A DNA stretch of 64,000 nucleotides from an uncultured Pseudomonadales bacterium (GTDB lineage Bacteria; Patescibacteriota; Microgenomatia; UBA1400; CAYXSR01), in assembly GCA_964467735.1 (NCBI GenBank), contig CAYXSR010000003.1:1078-65077 (forward strand), read 5' to 3'. A model generated the notes under the pieces. The model saw nothing but the letters and a program-made list of their open reading frames with translations. It made no database searches and was not told where the DNA came from. Shown piece after piece: positions 26,665-39,412 of this stretch. Each line of letters begins with the position of its first letter. Position 1 is the stretch's first letter. A program made the position numbers and the translations under genes.

Positions 26665-27885
26665 TTATGCTCCGTAAAGTTCTGACCTCCCCAAAAGATC
26701 AATAATAATTGGCATTATATTTACGCCTCTTAATTGACCTAAACCACCTTGAACACAGTCTCTCTCACCAAAGGAGCTGACTTTATCTGTCCTAACAGAT
26801 TTGTTCCAAATCAAAACTGGCACTGGATCAGCACTGTGAGCTTTCAACTCACAAGGCGTAGTATGATCAGCGGTTATTACTATTAGGGCATCTTTCAATT
26901 GTGTTAAGAGTTCTATCGCCTGATCAATTTTCTCAATAAACTCTTTTTTTGCTTGACAGTTACCATCCTCCCCTAAAGTATCTGCTCCTTTAAAATGAAC
27001 AAAAAAGAAATCAAATTTACTATATACTTTCTTTAACTCGTCAATTTTAACTTTAAGATTAGAGTCTGGTTTTCCAGTTGCTCCTTTTAAATCTGGGGTT
27101 ACCATTCCTAATATTTTCCCTATTCCCTTATAAAGACCAGCACCTGCTAGGCAAACAGCTTTCAAACCATATTTTTCCTCAAAAGAGGGCAGTTCGGGAA
27201 AAACACCAGCTCCGCGAACTAAAATGAAATTAGCTGGTAATTTTCCAGCTTTCTCTCTTTGTTTATTAGAAGGTAAATCTTTTAATTTCTCATGAGTTAA
27301 TTTTAAAAATTTATTTAAAACCGCGGCAGTAAAATCTGCTTCTTTACTACCATCAGTACCTTTTACTTTATGAACCTTTTCACCTACCTCATGAGGATCA
27401 GCATCAATTATTTTTGAGCTTAAACCTTTTCCTCTCATTATTAACCCTACTCGGTGACCAGTTCCTTTTTTAAGTAAAAAGACTACTCCATCAACTACCA
27501 TTCCGTTAAAAAGATTAGCAAATTCAGAAGTATCATCAATTCTTCCTGCTCGCCTATCAATTACTGTCATTTTCTCGTCTACTGTTCCCATATTCGCTCG
27601 GAAACAAATATCTCCTGGCTTCATTTCCATATTAATGCCCGCAGTTTCAAAAGGACCCCTGCCAGTATAGTAAATCTTGGGATCATAACCAAATAAACCC
27701 AAATGAGAAGTGTCACTTCCCGGCCGAATACCAATTCCTACAGTGTGGACTAAACCACAAATTCCTTCTTTAGCTAAACGATCTAGGTTGGGTGTATTGG
27801 CGGCCTCTAAAGGAGTTTTTCCTCCAAGGTCTTGAATCGGTCGATCGCCCAGCCCATCACAAACAATGAAAATTACTTTAGTCAT
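26665..27885 (-). CDS. apgM: 2,3-bisphosphoglycerate-independent phosphoglycerate mutase, archaeal type
   Basis: 'MTKVIFIVCDGLGDRP' is the ApgM N-terminal metal-binding motif; the start is taken at this internal Met (the 27969 start overlaps eno). Alkaline-phosphatase-superfamily body. Confidence 0.85.
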   Translation of the reverse strand: MTKVIFIVCDGLGDRPIQDLGGKTPLEAANTPNLDRLAKEGICGLVHTVGIGIRPGSDTSHLGLFGYDPKIYYTGRGPFETAGINMEMKPGDICFRANMGTVDEKMTVIDRRAGRIDDTSEFANLFNGMVVDGVVFLLKKGTGHRVGLIMRGKGLSSKIIDADPHEVGEKVHKVKGTDGSKEADFTAAVLNKFLKLTHEKLKDLPSNKQREKAGKLPANFILVRGAGVFPELPSFEEKYGLKAVCLAGAGLYKGIGKILGMVTPDLKGATGKPDSNLKVKIDELKKVYSKFDFFFVHFKGADTLGEDGNCQAKKEFIEKIDQAIELLTQLKDALIVITADHTTPCELKAHSADPVPVLIWNKSVRTDKVSSFGERDCVQGGLGQLRGVNIMPIIIDLLGRSELYGA

Positions 27886-27913
27886 CTTGCCTCCCTTTTT
27901 TAATAAATGCTTT

Positions 27914-30278
<2,365 letters not shown>

Positions 30279-30281
30279 AAT

Positions 30282-31133
30282 TTATCTTTGGCATCGTGGG
30301 CAGTAAAATGTTCCCCGATTACCTATCTTTATCTTTTTTATTAAGCTTCCGCATTTCCTACACTTCTGTTTCTGTCTTTGATAAACACGAAAATGATCTT
30401 GATAAGAACCTTTTTCACCAGTAGGCTGAATATAGGCCTCATCGGCTGCCGAAGACCCTTTATATTTAATTCCTTCTTTTAAAACTTTTATTATTGCTTT
30501 TCTTAATTTTTCAATCTCTTTTTCTGTTAAACTATTTGTTGGTCTTAAAGGTTTTATTCCCGCTTCAAATAAAGCTTCATTAGCATAAATATTGCCGATT
30601 CCGGCAATTTTGTTTTGATCTAGTAAAAATAATTTTATTGCTTTTCGAGAACGAGAAAAATTTTTTTTCAAATAGTCGGTGATAAATTTTTTTGAAAATG
30701 GTTCTGGGCCAAATTTTTTTATTTCTTTTTCAACGGCTTTTTGATCAACCACTTTAATCCAACCAAATTGCCTTAAATCATTATAAAATAACTTGCCACC
30801 ATCAATAGAAAAAATTATGTGGGTAGTTTTTCCCGGAAGATGATTATTGCTAAAAGGAATTGGGTGACCTAAAGATATTTGATCACCTGCCTTAGGAACC
30901 CAAACTAATTGGCCGCTCATTTTAAGATGAATCATTAAAAACTTTCCATTAGAAAGTTTAATGAAAATGACTTTAGCGTGCCGTTCAATGCCAGTAATTT
31001 TACTTCCGACAATCTCCTTAGGATTACCATGAAATAATTTCTGTTTTAAAATTTTTATCTCTTTGATTGTTTTGTTAATTATTTTTGAACTAAGAACTCT
31101 TTTGACTGTTTCTACTTCGGGTAATTCTGGCAT
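30282..31133 (-). CDS. mutM: formamidopyrimidine-DNA glycosylase
   Basis: N-terminal 'MPELPEVETV' catalytic Pro2/Glu3, a H2TH region and a C-terminal zinc finger 'CRKCG…CPRCQ'. Confidence 0.9.
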   Translation of the reverse strand: MPELPEVETVKRVLSSKIINKTIKEIKILKQKLFHGNPKEIVGSKITGIERHAKVIFIKLSNGKFLMIHLKMSGQLVWVPKAGDQISLGHPIPFSNNHLPGKTTHIIFSIDGGKLFYNDLRQFGWIKVVDQKAVEKEIKKFGPEPFSKKFITDYLKKNFSRSRKAIKLFLLDQNKIAGIGNIYANEALFEAGIKPLRPTNSLTEKEIEKLRKAIIKVLKEGIKYKGSSAADEAYIQPTGEKGSYQDHFRVYQRQKQKCRKCGSLIKKIKIGNRGTFYCPRCQR

Positions 31134-31189
31134 ACAAATCCTTTCTAAAAAATTACCAACTAATTTCTTCCTTATTATATAATAGATGT

Positions 31190-31948
31190 ATGCCTAATAT
31201 CGAACTAATTACTATCTTTTCGGTTATCATTTTCGCTTCGGCATTGGCTTACAAATCTTCTTTTTTACAAAATAAAAAAATTGGCTATATTTCTTTGCTT
31301 CAGGTTTTTTATTTAATACTTATTCCTGGCATCTTATATTCCATTATTTTCTCTTATTTACTAGAAATTTTAGATCGCCCATTAAATAATAATATTTTTT
31401 TGAAAGATCGGCTTCTAATTACTCTTTTATTATTATCAATTCTTTATACTTATGGTGGTATTGTTATCCATAGTATCGGCAAAACACTTAATTCTTACTT
31501 TAAAAAAAAACAATCACTGGCTTTTAAAGTTAATAGTTATTTTCATCGTGATTTCAGTCATAATCTAGTTTTTATTGGCGCGATCGCTAGTGGCACTTTT
31601 TTTTCTCTTCTGGAGTTAAACCACATTTCTCCTTATCCGGAACAAACTAAGTTTTTAATAATAGTCTTAAATGGTTTGTTTATTGGCTTAGCTTCAATTC
31701 TGAGTTTAAGTTTTTACAAAAGAAATTGGTTGGAGCTTAAGTTTTTCTTTTTATCTTTGTGGATAATGATTATTATTGTTAGTTATGCTAGTAAGCCTTA
31801 TTTAAAAATTTTAAAAAGTTATCCTTTTACTTTAACCATGTTAATTGTTTTCTCTTTTCTGGCTAGCTTAAACATTTTTCTTTTCGTCCGAAAGTTTAAA
31901 CACAAAATAAAAATCATCTGGCGCATTCCGAAAAAATTATTTGAATAA
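31190..31948 (+). CDS. hypothetical polytopic membrane protein
   Basis: 252 aa with about 6-7 hydrophobic helices; no motif recognised. Confidence 0.4.
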   Translation: MPNIELITIFSVIIFASALAYKSSFLQNKKIGYISLLQVFYLILIPGILYSIIFSYLLEILDRPLNNNIFLKDRLLITLLLLSILYTYGGIVIHSIGKTLNSYFKKKQSLAFKVNSYFHRDFSHNLVFIGAIASGTFFSLLELNHISPYPEQTKFLIIVLNGLFIGLASILSLSFYKRNWLELKFFFLSLWIMIIIVSYASKPYLKILKSYPFTLTMLIVFSFLASLNIFLFVRKFKHKIKIIWRIPKKLFE

Positions 31949-31954
31949 AAGAAG

Positions 31955-33067
31955 CTAAGTAATACTATTTACAAAATCTTTTATCTGTTTTTTAAACCTA
32001 TCTTTTGAAAATTTTCTTGCTTGATTCAGACAATCTTTTGGTTTTGTTTTTTTTGTTTCTAGTTTTTTAATTGCTTTTGTTAATTTGCTTATTTTCAACT
32101 CATCTATAAATAGTCCTGTTTTTTTATCAACAACAGACTCGACTACTCCGCCTGATTTTAAAGCAATTACTGGTTTTCCAAAAGCCATTGCCTCAACTGG
32201 TGTAATACCAAAATCTTCTTCTTCAGCTAAATATAAGACTGCTTTACAATTACTGTATAATTCTTTTAATTTTTTATCATTTACATATCCTAAAAATTCA
32301 ATAAAAGTGCTTCCAGCGGCTAATTTTTTAAGATTTTTTTCTTCTGGCCCGCTACCAGCAACTTTTAACTTAAGCTTTAATCTTTTACAAGTTTTGATTG
32401 CCAAAGCAACATTTTTATGCTGAACCAAACGATTAACCATTAAAAAGTAATCTCCTTTTTCCATTGAACCAATATCTTGCTTGTGAGCTGTTAAAATTGG
32501 TGGGTAAATTACTTTTGCGTCTCGGCGATAAAATTTAGCAATTCGTTTTTGAACCTCTTTACTATTACAAATAAAAAAATCAACCGTCTGACTACTTTTA
32601 AAATCATAATAACGCATAAATGGATTAACAATATTGGCGTATAACCTCCCCCACCAAAATTGTTTGAAATTTAAAGCGGTTGGATAACCATATAAATAGC
32701 GTGGCGGGGTGTGACAATAACAAATATAAATCGGTTTTTTAGCTTTTTTAGTCAGAGAAACACCTTTCGACATGTACCAAGCTGATGAAGAAATTACGAT
32801 ATCAAAATCAGAAAAATCAAAACTCTTCCAAATCTTTGGCGCTAAAAAACGTAAAGGTGAACATAAAAAATTTTTAAAGGGGATCTTGTCAAACCATGAA
32901 GGAATAATTTTCCAGTTTTTCCATTCTGGTTTTTCTTTCTTTAACCAATACCAATCAACCCAAGCAGTATAAATCGGCGCTTCCGGCCAAATTTCAGATA
33001 AAGCTTCCAAAACCCGCTCAGCTCCACCGTAGGTATATAAATAGTCATGAACTAAGGCAATTTTCAT
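31955..33067 (-). CDS. glycosyltransferase family 4 (GT-B, RfaB-like)
   Basis: C-terminal 'EEEDFGITPVEAMAFGKPVIA' (the EX7E region) and a GT4 N-terminal Rossmann domain. Confidence 0.8.
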   Translation of the reverse strand: MKIALVHDYLYTYGGAERVLEALSEIWPEAPIYTAWVDWYWLKKEKPEWKNWKIIPSWFDKIPFKNFLCSPLRFLAPKIWKSFDFSDFDIVISSSAWYMSKGVSLTKKAKKPIYICYCHTPPRYLYGYPTALNFKQFWWGRLYANIVNPFMRYYDFKSSQTVDFFICNSKEVQKRIAKFYRRDAKVIYPPILTAHKQDIGSMEKGDYFLMVNRLVQHKNVALAIKTCKRLKLKLKVAGSGPEEKNLKKLAAGSTFIEFLGYVNDKKLKELYSNCKAVLYLAEEEDFGITPVEAMAFGKPVIALKSGGVVESVVDKKTGLFIDELKISKLTKAIKKLETKKTKPKDCLNQARKFSKDRFKKQIKDFVNSIT

Positions 33068-33074
33068 AAAAACA

Positions 33075-34004
33075 TTAAAACAAACTTGTTTGTTGTCCTT
33101 TTTTCTTTGCTTTTTTATGAACTAATATTTCCTCTACTTCTTCTTCCCAGTTATCATTAGGTAATTTGTTGATTAAACTTTTAAACTCTAATTTTTTAAA
33201 AATAGCAACTGCTTTTTGTTTATCATAATCTGTTAGCCGACAGTCTTTCAATTTAAAATCTATCGGAACATCAGCTACAATCTCAGCCAATTTGTAAGAC
33301 AGAAGGGCTTGTTCTTCTTCATCTTTAAGTTTAGTGATAGTTTTTTTATCAATTTTATCTAAATTATCGTAAATTTCTTTCAAACCACCAAATTGGGTGA
33401 TAAGCTTGGTAGCGGTTTTTGGACCAATGCCTTTAACTCCAGGAATACCATCAGAAGCATCACCAGCCAAAGATTTAAAATCAACTAGGCGTCGTGGTTC
33501 AAAACTATATTTTTCCAAAAATGCTTTTCTATCAAACATTAGGGCGGGTTTCCTACCCCTTCCTGGAACAAAAACTTTAATTTTATTATCAATTAATTGA
33601 AAAGCATCTCGATCGCCAGTCACGATAATAACTTCGTCTACTTGAGCTCTTTTGGCTAGAGTTCCAATAACATCGTCTGCTTCATAACCTTCTACTTCAA
33701 AGATGGGAATATTTAGAATCTCTACTACCTGGTGGGTACGGGGAATCTGTTTGGTTAGCTCTTCATCAACTTTGGGCCGGTGAGCTTTATAAGCTTCAAA
33801 TTCTTTATGTCTGAAAGTAGGTTTAGGTAAGTCAAAAGCTACGACAACGTACTTTGGTTTTAATTGCTTCAAAACTGTTAGTAAAATACTAGTAAATCCA
33901 TAAACAGCACTAATAAGTTCTCCTTTTGAAGTCATCAGTGGTGGATAAGCGTGATAAGCCCGATGTAAAATTGCATGCCCATCAATTAGAACTAGTCTAC
34001 TCAT
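33075..34004 (-). CDS. 5'-3' exonuclease / flap endonuclease (Pol I N-terminal domain homologue)
   Basis: 'LVLIDGHAILHRAYHA', acidic metal-binding clusters and a helix-hairpin-helix 'GIPGVKGIGPKTATKLI'. Confidence 0.85.
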   Translation of the reverse strand: MSRLVLIDGHAILHRAYHAYPPLMTSKGELISAVYGFTSILLTVLKQLKPKYVVVAFDLPKPTFRHKEFEAYKAHRPKVDEELTKQIPRTHQVVEILNIPIFEVEGYEADDVIGTLAKRAQVDEVIIVTGDRDAFQLIDNKIKVFVPGRGRKPALMFDRKAFLEKYSFEPRRLVDFKSLAGDASDGIPGVKGIGPKTATKLITQFGGLKEIYDNLDKIDKKTITKLKDEEEQALLSYKLAEIVADVPIDFKLKDCRLTDYDKQKAVAIFKKLEFKSLINKLPNDNWEEEVEEILVHKKAKKKGQQTSLF

Positions 34005-34066
34005 AAACCTATTTTAACATGAAACTAAATCGAAATTTGGGAACCTGGAGGTTTTTTGGGTAATTA

Positions 34067-35938
34067 TTATTTCCCCATTAGTTTTTCGAAGTCTTCTTGT
34101 TCAAGTGTCTCTTTCTTTAAGAGACTGTCTGCAATCTTATCTAAGTTCTTTTTGTTTTTTTTCAAAATTTCTTTTGCTTTTCTATATCCCTCATCAACAA
34201 TTCTTTTAACTTCTTTGTCTACCTTAGCACTCATTTCATCAGAAATTCTTGAGGGTTCAACCCAGCTCCTACCCCACTCTGTTTCATCAATAATTGGTCC
34301 AAGATTAACTGGTCCTAAATCACTCATACCGTATTCAATAACCATTTTCCTGGCAATTTGAGTAGCCTTAATTATGTCTGACGAGGCACCACTAGTAAAT
34401 TCATTGAAAATCATTTCTTCGGCCGCTCGACCGCCTAAAAGCGAACTAATCATTTCTAAAAGATGAGAGCGAGTCTCATGAATTCTGTCTTTTTTAGGTG
34501 GAATTACTGTATACCCTAAAGCCATTCCTCTAGATACAATAGAAATTCTATGAACTGGGTCCATATGAGGTAAATTAAAAGTCACAACTGCATGACCAGC
34601 TTCATGATAAGCAGTCATTTTCCGGTCAAGCTTGGTTTGCAACCGTTTTTTTTCTGGACCTAATTTAACTTTCATAGCTGCTTCTTCAATATCAGCCATT
34701 GAAATTTCTTTACGATTGTTACGGGCTGCCCAAATTGCCGCTTCATTTAACATATTTTCCAAGTCAGCACCAGAAAAACCAACGGTTCTTTTGGCCACCT
34801 TCTCCCAATCAACCGCCTTAGTAAAGGGTTTGCCTTTCTTATGAATATTCAAAACTTTTTTTCTTCCTTCAATATCTGGCAAATCCAAAACTACTCGTCT
34901 ATCAAATCTACCTGGTCTCATTAAAGCTGGATCAAGTAGGTCTGCTCTGTTAGTAGCGGCAATTACAATTACATGATCATTAGGAGTAAATCCATCCATT
35001 TCTACCAAAATTTGATTTAAAGTTTGTTCTCTCTCATCATGACCGCCAGCCGCACCAAGACCCCGAATTCTCCCAATAGCATCAATCTCGTCAATAAAAA
35101 TAATTGAAGAGCCGGCTTTTTTGGCAGTGTTAAAAAGGTCACGAACTCTGCTAGCTCCAACTCCAACCAACATTTCCATAAATTCTGAACCGGCCATTGA
35201 GAAAAAAGGAACACCTGCCTCACCGGCAACCGCCTTTGCTAATAAGGTCTTGCCTGTTCCACTCGGACCAACTAATAAAACACCCTTAGGAGTTCTTGCC
35301 CCAAGCAAATGATATTTTCTTGGATGTTTTAAAAAATCAACAATTTCTTCCAACTCCTTCTTAGCCTCATCCACACCTCCAACGTCTTTAAAAGTGACAC
35401 TTTGTTTACCTTTGAAAAAAAGTTTTGCCCGAGATTTACCAAAAGAGAAAATAGAATCCTGACTGCCACGAGCTTGTTTAAAAATAAATAAGAAAATTGC
35501 CCCAGTTAAAATTACTGGCAATAAGATCTCTAAAATCCCAAACCAAACCTTAGCAGCTGATTGATCCTTAATTTTAAAGTTAACGTCAGCCGGATTGATT
35601 TGGGCATTATGTAAAATTTCGACAAATGATTCTTGGGGTTCTTTTCTAGAAACATACAAACCATCATCTTTGTAATTAATATAAAGACTTTCTCCTTCTA
35701 CCTCTATTTTCTCAATCTTATCTTCTTTAATATCTTTCAAAACCGTTGGCAGGTCCTTATCGCCTTCAGGAATTGGCCCTTTTAGAGCAAAAATGAAATT
35801 TAAGGCAATGAAAGCAATAAATAGCCACAAAATAATTTTTTTGAAACTTATTTTTATTTCAAATTTTTTCATCACTTTTTGCTTTTTAGGATCGAATTTT
35901 AAAATATGTTCTGGATTGGGTTTAGTAGTTTTTGCCAT
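34067..35938 (-). CDS. ftsH: ATP-dependent zinc metalloprotease FtsH
   Basis: N-terminal TM, AAA Walker A 'GPSGTGKT', SRH, and the Zn motif 'HEAGHA'. Confidence 0.95.
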   Translation of the reverse strand: MAKTTKPNPEHILKFDPKKQKVMKKFEIKISFKKIILWLFIAFIALNFIFALKGPIPEGDKDLPTVLKDIKEDKIEKIEVEGESLYINYKDDGLYVSRKEPQESFVEILHNAQINPADVNFKIKDQSAAKVWFGILEILLPVILTGAIFLFIFKQARGSQDSIFSFGKSRAKLFFKGKQSVTFKDVGGVDEAKKELEEIVDFLKHPRKYHLLGARTPKGVLLVGPSGTGKTLLAKAVAGEAGVPFFSMAGSEFMEMLVGVGASRVRDLFNTAKKAGSSIIFIDEIDAIGRIRGLGAAGGHDEREQTLNQILVEMDGFTPNDHVIVIAATNRADLLDPALMRPGRFDRRVVLDLPDIEGRKKVLNIHKKGKPFTKAVDWEKVAKRTVGFSGADLENMLNEAAIWAARNNRKEISMADIEEAAMKVKLGPEKKRLQTKLDRKMTAYHEAGHAVVTFNLPHMDPVHRISIVSRGMALGYTVIPPKKDRIHETRSHLLEMISSLLGGRAAEEMIFNEFTSGASSDIIKATQIARKMVIEYGMSDLGPVNLGPIIDETEWGRSWVEPSRISDEMSAKVDKEVKRIVDEGYRKAKEILKKNKKNLDKIADSLLKKETLEQEDFEKLMGK

Positions 35939-36020
35939 GCTCCAATCTTAGCAAAAAAACCGCCTAAAAACAAACTTTTAGGCGGTAAAAAGTTGCTTGT
36001 TTATCCCACAATTATCAAAT

Positions 36021-37013
36021 TCACAATCCCCCCGTTAATCCCATTTTTTGCTTAACTTCTTTTAATGTTTCACAAGCTATTTTTCTGGCTTTTTCAGCTC
36101 CTTCACGAATTATTTTTTCTACATATTTAGGATTTTTTATCAATTTTTTTCTTTTTTCTTGAATTGGTCTCAATACTTTATAAATAGAGTCTGTCAAATC
36201 AACTTTCAATGCATAATATCTAATTCCATTACCCAAATATTTTTCTTCATAATCTTTTCTTTTTTTCTCTCCTTGAAACAACTCTACCAATTTTAATAAA
36301 CTTGCTAGATTACCTTTTTCGGGTATACTTTCTCCTTTACCAGAATCTGTAGGAATTTTTGCTAATTTTTGATGAATCATTTCTTTATTATCATCTAAAT
36401 TAATATAACTTCCTTCCACACTTTTACTCATTTTCCCCTCTCCTTTTAAACTTGGTACATATTCCCCTTTGGTAGCAAATCTTTTTGGCTCGGGGAAATT
36501 GGTTCCATATTCACTGTTCATCTTTCTGGCTATTTCTCGGGCAACTTCCAAATGCGGTTCTTGATCAATTCCCACCGGTACCAAACTGGCTTTATAAACC
36601 AAAATATCGGCTGCCATTAAAACTGGATAGTTAAGCAACGCCATTGTCACGTTTTTAGGATATTGTTTTACCTTATCTTTAAAAGTTGGCAAATGTTGCA
36701 TTCTGGCTACATTTACAACTGATGATAATAAAAAGCTTAATTGAGTATGTTCTGGCACTAAAGACTGAGCAGCAATGATAGCTTTTTTGGGATCTAATCC
36801 CGCTGCTAAATAGTCAATAATGACTTCTCGACTCAATTGGGACAAAATTTTCTTATCGTAGGGAGTTGTAATAGCATGCAAATCCATAACCATATATAAA
36901 CACTCATATTCTGGTTTGTTTTGTAATTCAATATAGCCTTTGATTGCCCCTAAATAATTTCCCAAATGTAGTCTCCCAGTTGCTCTGGTTCCAGAAAAAA
37001 CTATTTTTTTCAT
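36021..37013 (-). CDS. trpS: tryptophan--tRNA ligase
   Basis: HIGH-type 'TGRLHLGNYLG' and 'KMSKS' motifs; 330 aa. Confidence 0.9.
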   Translation of the reverse strand: MKKIVFSGTRATGRLHLGNYLGAIKGYIELQNKPEYECLYMVMDLHAITTPYDKKILSQLSREVIIDYLAAGLDPKKAIIAAQSLVPEHTQLSFLLSSVVNVARMQHLPTFKDKVKQYPKNVTMALLNYPVLMAADILVYKASLVPVGIDQEPHLEVAREIARKMNSEYGTNFPEPKRFATKGEYVPSLKGEGKMSKSVEGSYINLDDNKEMIHQKLAKIPTDSGKGESIPEKGNLASLLKLVELFQGEKKRKDYEEKYLGNGIRYYALKVDLTDSIYKVLRPIQEKRKKLIKNPKYVEKIIREGAEKARKIACETLKEVKQKMGLTGGL

Positions 37014-37060
37014 ATTTTTTTTCGCCGATAAAGGCGAACTCCTTTAATATTATTTTATAC

Positions 37061-37104
37061 TAAAAAACCCTTGTTAATGTCGAATAAATCGACGCTAACA
37101 AGGG
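37061..37104 (-). terminator. rho-independent terminator (minus-strand orientation) between the tRNA-Met/small-ORF unit and trpS
   Basis: On the minus strand: CCCTTGTTAgcGTCG-ATTTATT-CGACatTAACAAGGG followed by TTTTTT. Confidence 0.55.
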
Positions 37105-37249
37105 CTCTTTATCTATTTAATAAAGGGCGGTGCCACCTTTTATTATACTCATTTCTGCTATTACGGGCTTACCCGATCCGCTTTTAAACGGACAGCTCCC
37201 GAGTCCCAACCATACTCGGTCTTAACGCTTTTTATTATTTTCAATTATA

Positions 37250-37351
37250 TCACAAATTAGCTTTTTTCTGTTTCTTTTTGTCCTTCTTCTTTTTTATCCT
37301 TTGTTTTTGTCTAATTTTCATGCGGCGCCTTTTCTTGCGTTCTATTCCCAT
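37250..37351 (-). CDS. possible 33-aa highly basic micro-protein (MGIERKKRRRMKIRQKQRIKKKKDKKKQKKANL)
   Basis: Found by manual translation; it is too short for the ORF track. A strong GGAGGGGG Shine-Dalgarno sits 6-8 nt upstream of the ATG, and it lies inside a strongly strand-skewed polypyrimidine/polypurine tract. No family match is recognised. Confidence 0.25.
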   Translation of the reverse strand: MGIERKKRRRMKIRQKQRIKKKKDKKKQKKANL

Positions 37352-37437
37352 CTTCCCCCTCCCTTCTTAATCAAACTTCTTAATCTTATTAAGATTATCT
37401 CAACTCAGACAATCCAAATAACGAAGATTATTATAAG

Positions 37438-37510
37438 TGACAGGGGTGGGAGTTGAACCCACGACCGCCGGTTTATGAGTCCGGTGCTCTACCAACTGAG
37501 CTACCCTGCC
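37438..37510 (-). tRNA. tRNA-Met (anticodon CAT; elongator or Ile-lysidine type not distinguishable)
   Basis: Reverse complement GGCAGGGTAGCTCAGTTGGTAGAGCACCGGACTCATAAACCGGCGGTCGTGGGTTCAACTCCCACCCCTGTCA folds as a cloverleaf with a GGTTCAACTCC T-arm; CCA is not encoded. Confidence 0.85.
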
Positions 37511-37642
37511 TTAAAATTATTAAATGTATCAGTTAATAATCTAAATACTTAACAGCTTATTTTAACAAAACTAGCCTGGAAAATGAAGCTTTGAAAAACT
37601 TTCCTAATTGCCCTTGCTAAAAACTTTTTCTACAATTACATT

Positions 37643-38041
37643 ATGACACCAGTAACACCCGATTTATCTATCAATATTAGCCACACGATCTATGCTATGT
37701 TTATTCATAATTATATTTTGGCCGCCTATCTTTTAGGTCTGTTTATTTCGATAGTCTTGGCGATTAAAAAACCGACGCGATTTACTATCCTTCTTATTTT
37801 AGGCTTTGCTATTTTAGCTTTCTCTTTTGAATATGATAAACATATCGCCGAAGGATTAAGAGAACAAACTCTTCAATCACTAATCACTACTAAACCTCAT
37901 TATCAGGCACAGAAATGGATAAATATAATTATTGGCGAAGTTATGCCGATTTTTCTTTATATTATAGGTTGGCTCTTAATCTATCTTGCAATTATCATTG
38001 CTTGTCTGAAAAATAAAAAAAATGTAGCGGGTTCTAGGTAA
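37643..38041 (+). CDS. hypothetical small membrane protein
   Basis: 132 aa with 3-4 hydrophobic helices. Confidence 0.4.
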   Translation: MTPVTPDLSINISHTIYAMFIHNYILAAYLLGLFISIVLAIKKPTRFTILLILGFAILAFSFEYDKHIAEGLREQTLQSLITTKPHYQAQKWINIIIGEVMPIFLYIIGWLLIYLAIIIACLKNKKNVAGSR

Positions 38042-38100
38042 CGCTCCTAGATTAAGTGAGGTTATGAGCCTCACGGGATACTTACCCCCCACCCGCTATC

Positions 38101-38478
38101 TCACTCGCCTATCTTAGCAAAGTCTCCTCTTGAAAGCAAGTTCAACCACTGTTGCCAATTTGATAACTCTTGCCTATTTTTCTGTTCTTCTTTGTCTTTA
38201 GTAACTGTTAATTTCTCAGGAAGAATTACAACAATTTCATCAGGTTTCGCCATTCCTAATTTATCTCTTATCTGCTCTTCTAAAAACAATTCATCTTGAG
38301 CGGCTTTTTTTTCTTTAATTTCTTTATTTTTTTGCTTTTCTTCTTCTAGTTTTTGTCTGGCATCTTCAATTTTTTCGTCGGCATGCCAAAGCCTCCAAAT
38401 ATCTCTAGAAAGATTAACCAACAAAATTAAAATTAAACCCAAAATAACGTAATTAAACATTTTTTTTAGAATTGACAT
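38101..38478 (-). CDS. FtsB/DivIC-like septum formation initiator (coiled-coil bitopic protein)
   Basis: N-terminal TM, a Glu/Lys-rich coiled coil, and an '…EEQIRDKLGMAKPDEIVV' FtsB-like tail. Confidence 0.5.
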   Translation of the reverse strand: MSILKKMFNYVILGLILILLVNLSRDIWRLWHADEKIEDARQKLEEEKQKNKEIKEKKAAQDELFLEEQIRDKLGMAKPDEIVVILPEKLTVTKDKEEQKNRQELSNWQQWLNLLSRGDFAKIGE

Positions 38479-38542
38479 TTATCCCCTCTGATGTTATTAT
38501 AAGACATTATTTTCTTATAAATTCCTGCCCTGAAATAAAATT

Positions 38543-39412
38543 ATGACAAATGATATTAGTGGCCTTAATTCGGCCTATAAAATTTTTTTACAAGAACTCA
38601 AGACTGAAAGTCGTAGTCCTTCGACTATTTTAGCATATGGATGTGACCTCAAACAGTTAATAAAATTTTTAGCTGATAGAGGAAAAGTTAATCCCAACCA
38701 AATTTCTCTCCAGGATTTAAGAGACTTTAAAGAATCTTTAAAAAAAGATGGTTATACTTTAAAATCTGTTTCTAGAAAAATAAATTCTTTACGGACTTTT
38801 TTCCGTTTTTTATCCTCTAAAGGAATCATCAAAGAAAATTTATCTTTAAGAGTCCCTCATCCCAAGGTTCAAATTAAACCTCCTCGAATTTTAACTAAAA
38901 CTGAATATCGAGCTTTACGTGATGCTTGTCGTGGAGATCTAAGAATTTCGGCAATCGTAGAATTACTTCTACAAACAGGAATTCGCGTAAGTGAACTGGC
39001 TAATCTTAAAACTGATGATATGTCTGATACCCATCTCAATATTACGGGTTCCGGAAAAAATTCCCCTCGAGAAATACCATTAAATCGAGCCGCCAAAAGT
39101 GCTTTAGAAAAATATCTAAAAGTCAGACCAGAAACAAAAAATAAAACTCTTTTTGTTACTAAAAAAGGAACTTCTTTTTTAATCAGAAATATTCGTACTT
39201 CAGTTGATCGATATTTTAGAGAAGCAGGAATAAAAGATGCGAAACTTAATGATTTACGACATACTTTTATTGTTCAACAATTACGCTCTGGTATTCCCTT
39301 AACTACTGTCTCTGAACTTGTTGGTCACAAAAGAATTACGACTACAGAAAAATATCTTCAATTCACTAAACTTTTAAATAGTAATACTAAAATAAAATTA
39401 AAAGAACTTTAA
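38543..39412 (+). CDS. tyrosine site-specific recombinase (XerC/XerD-like)
   Basis: N-terminal SAM-like core-binding domain; catalytic 'RISAIVELLLQTGIRVSE', 'LRHTF', 'HKRITTTEKY' (R…HxxR…Y). Confidence 0.8.
   Translation: MTNDISGLNSAYKIFLQELKTESRSPSTILAYGCDLKQLIKFLADRGKVNPNQISLQDLRDFKESLKKDGYTLKSVSRKINSLRTFFRFLSSKGIIKENLSLRVPHPKVQIKPPRILTKTEYRALRDACRGDLRISAIVELLLQTGIRVSELANLKTDDMSDTHLNITGSGKNSPREIPLNRAAKSALEKYLKVRPETKNKTLFVTKKGTSFLIRNIRTSVDRYFREAGIKDAKLNDLRHTFIVQQLRSGIPLTTVSELVGHKRITTTEKYLQFTKLLNSNTKIKLKEL

Noticed and set aside
37110-37250. Possible SRP (4.5S) RNA or RNase P RNA on the minus strand
   Set aside because: It has a GNRA-capped hairpin (CGGG-UAAG-CCCG) but lacks the conserved SRP domain-IV motif (…GGUCCGGAAGGAAGCAGC…) and any RNase P P4 signatures. 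It is left unassigned.
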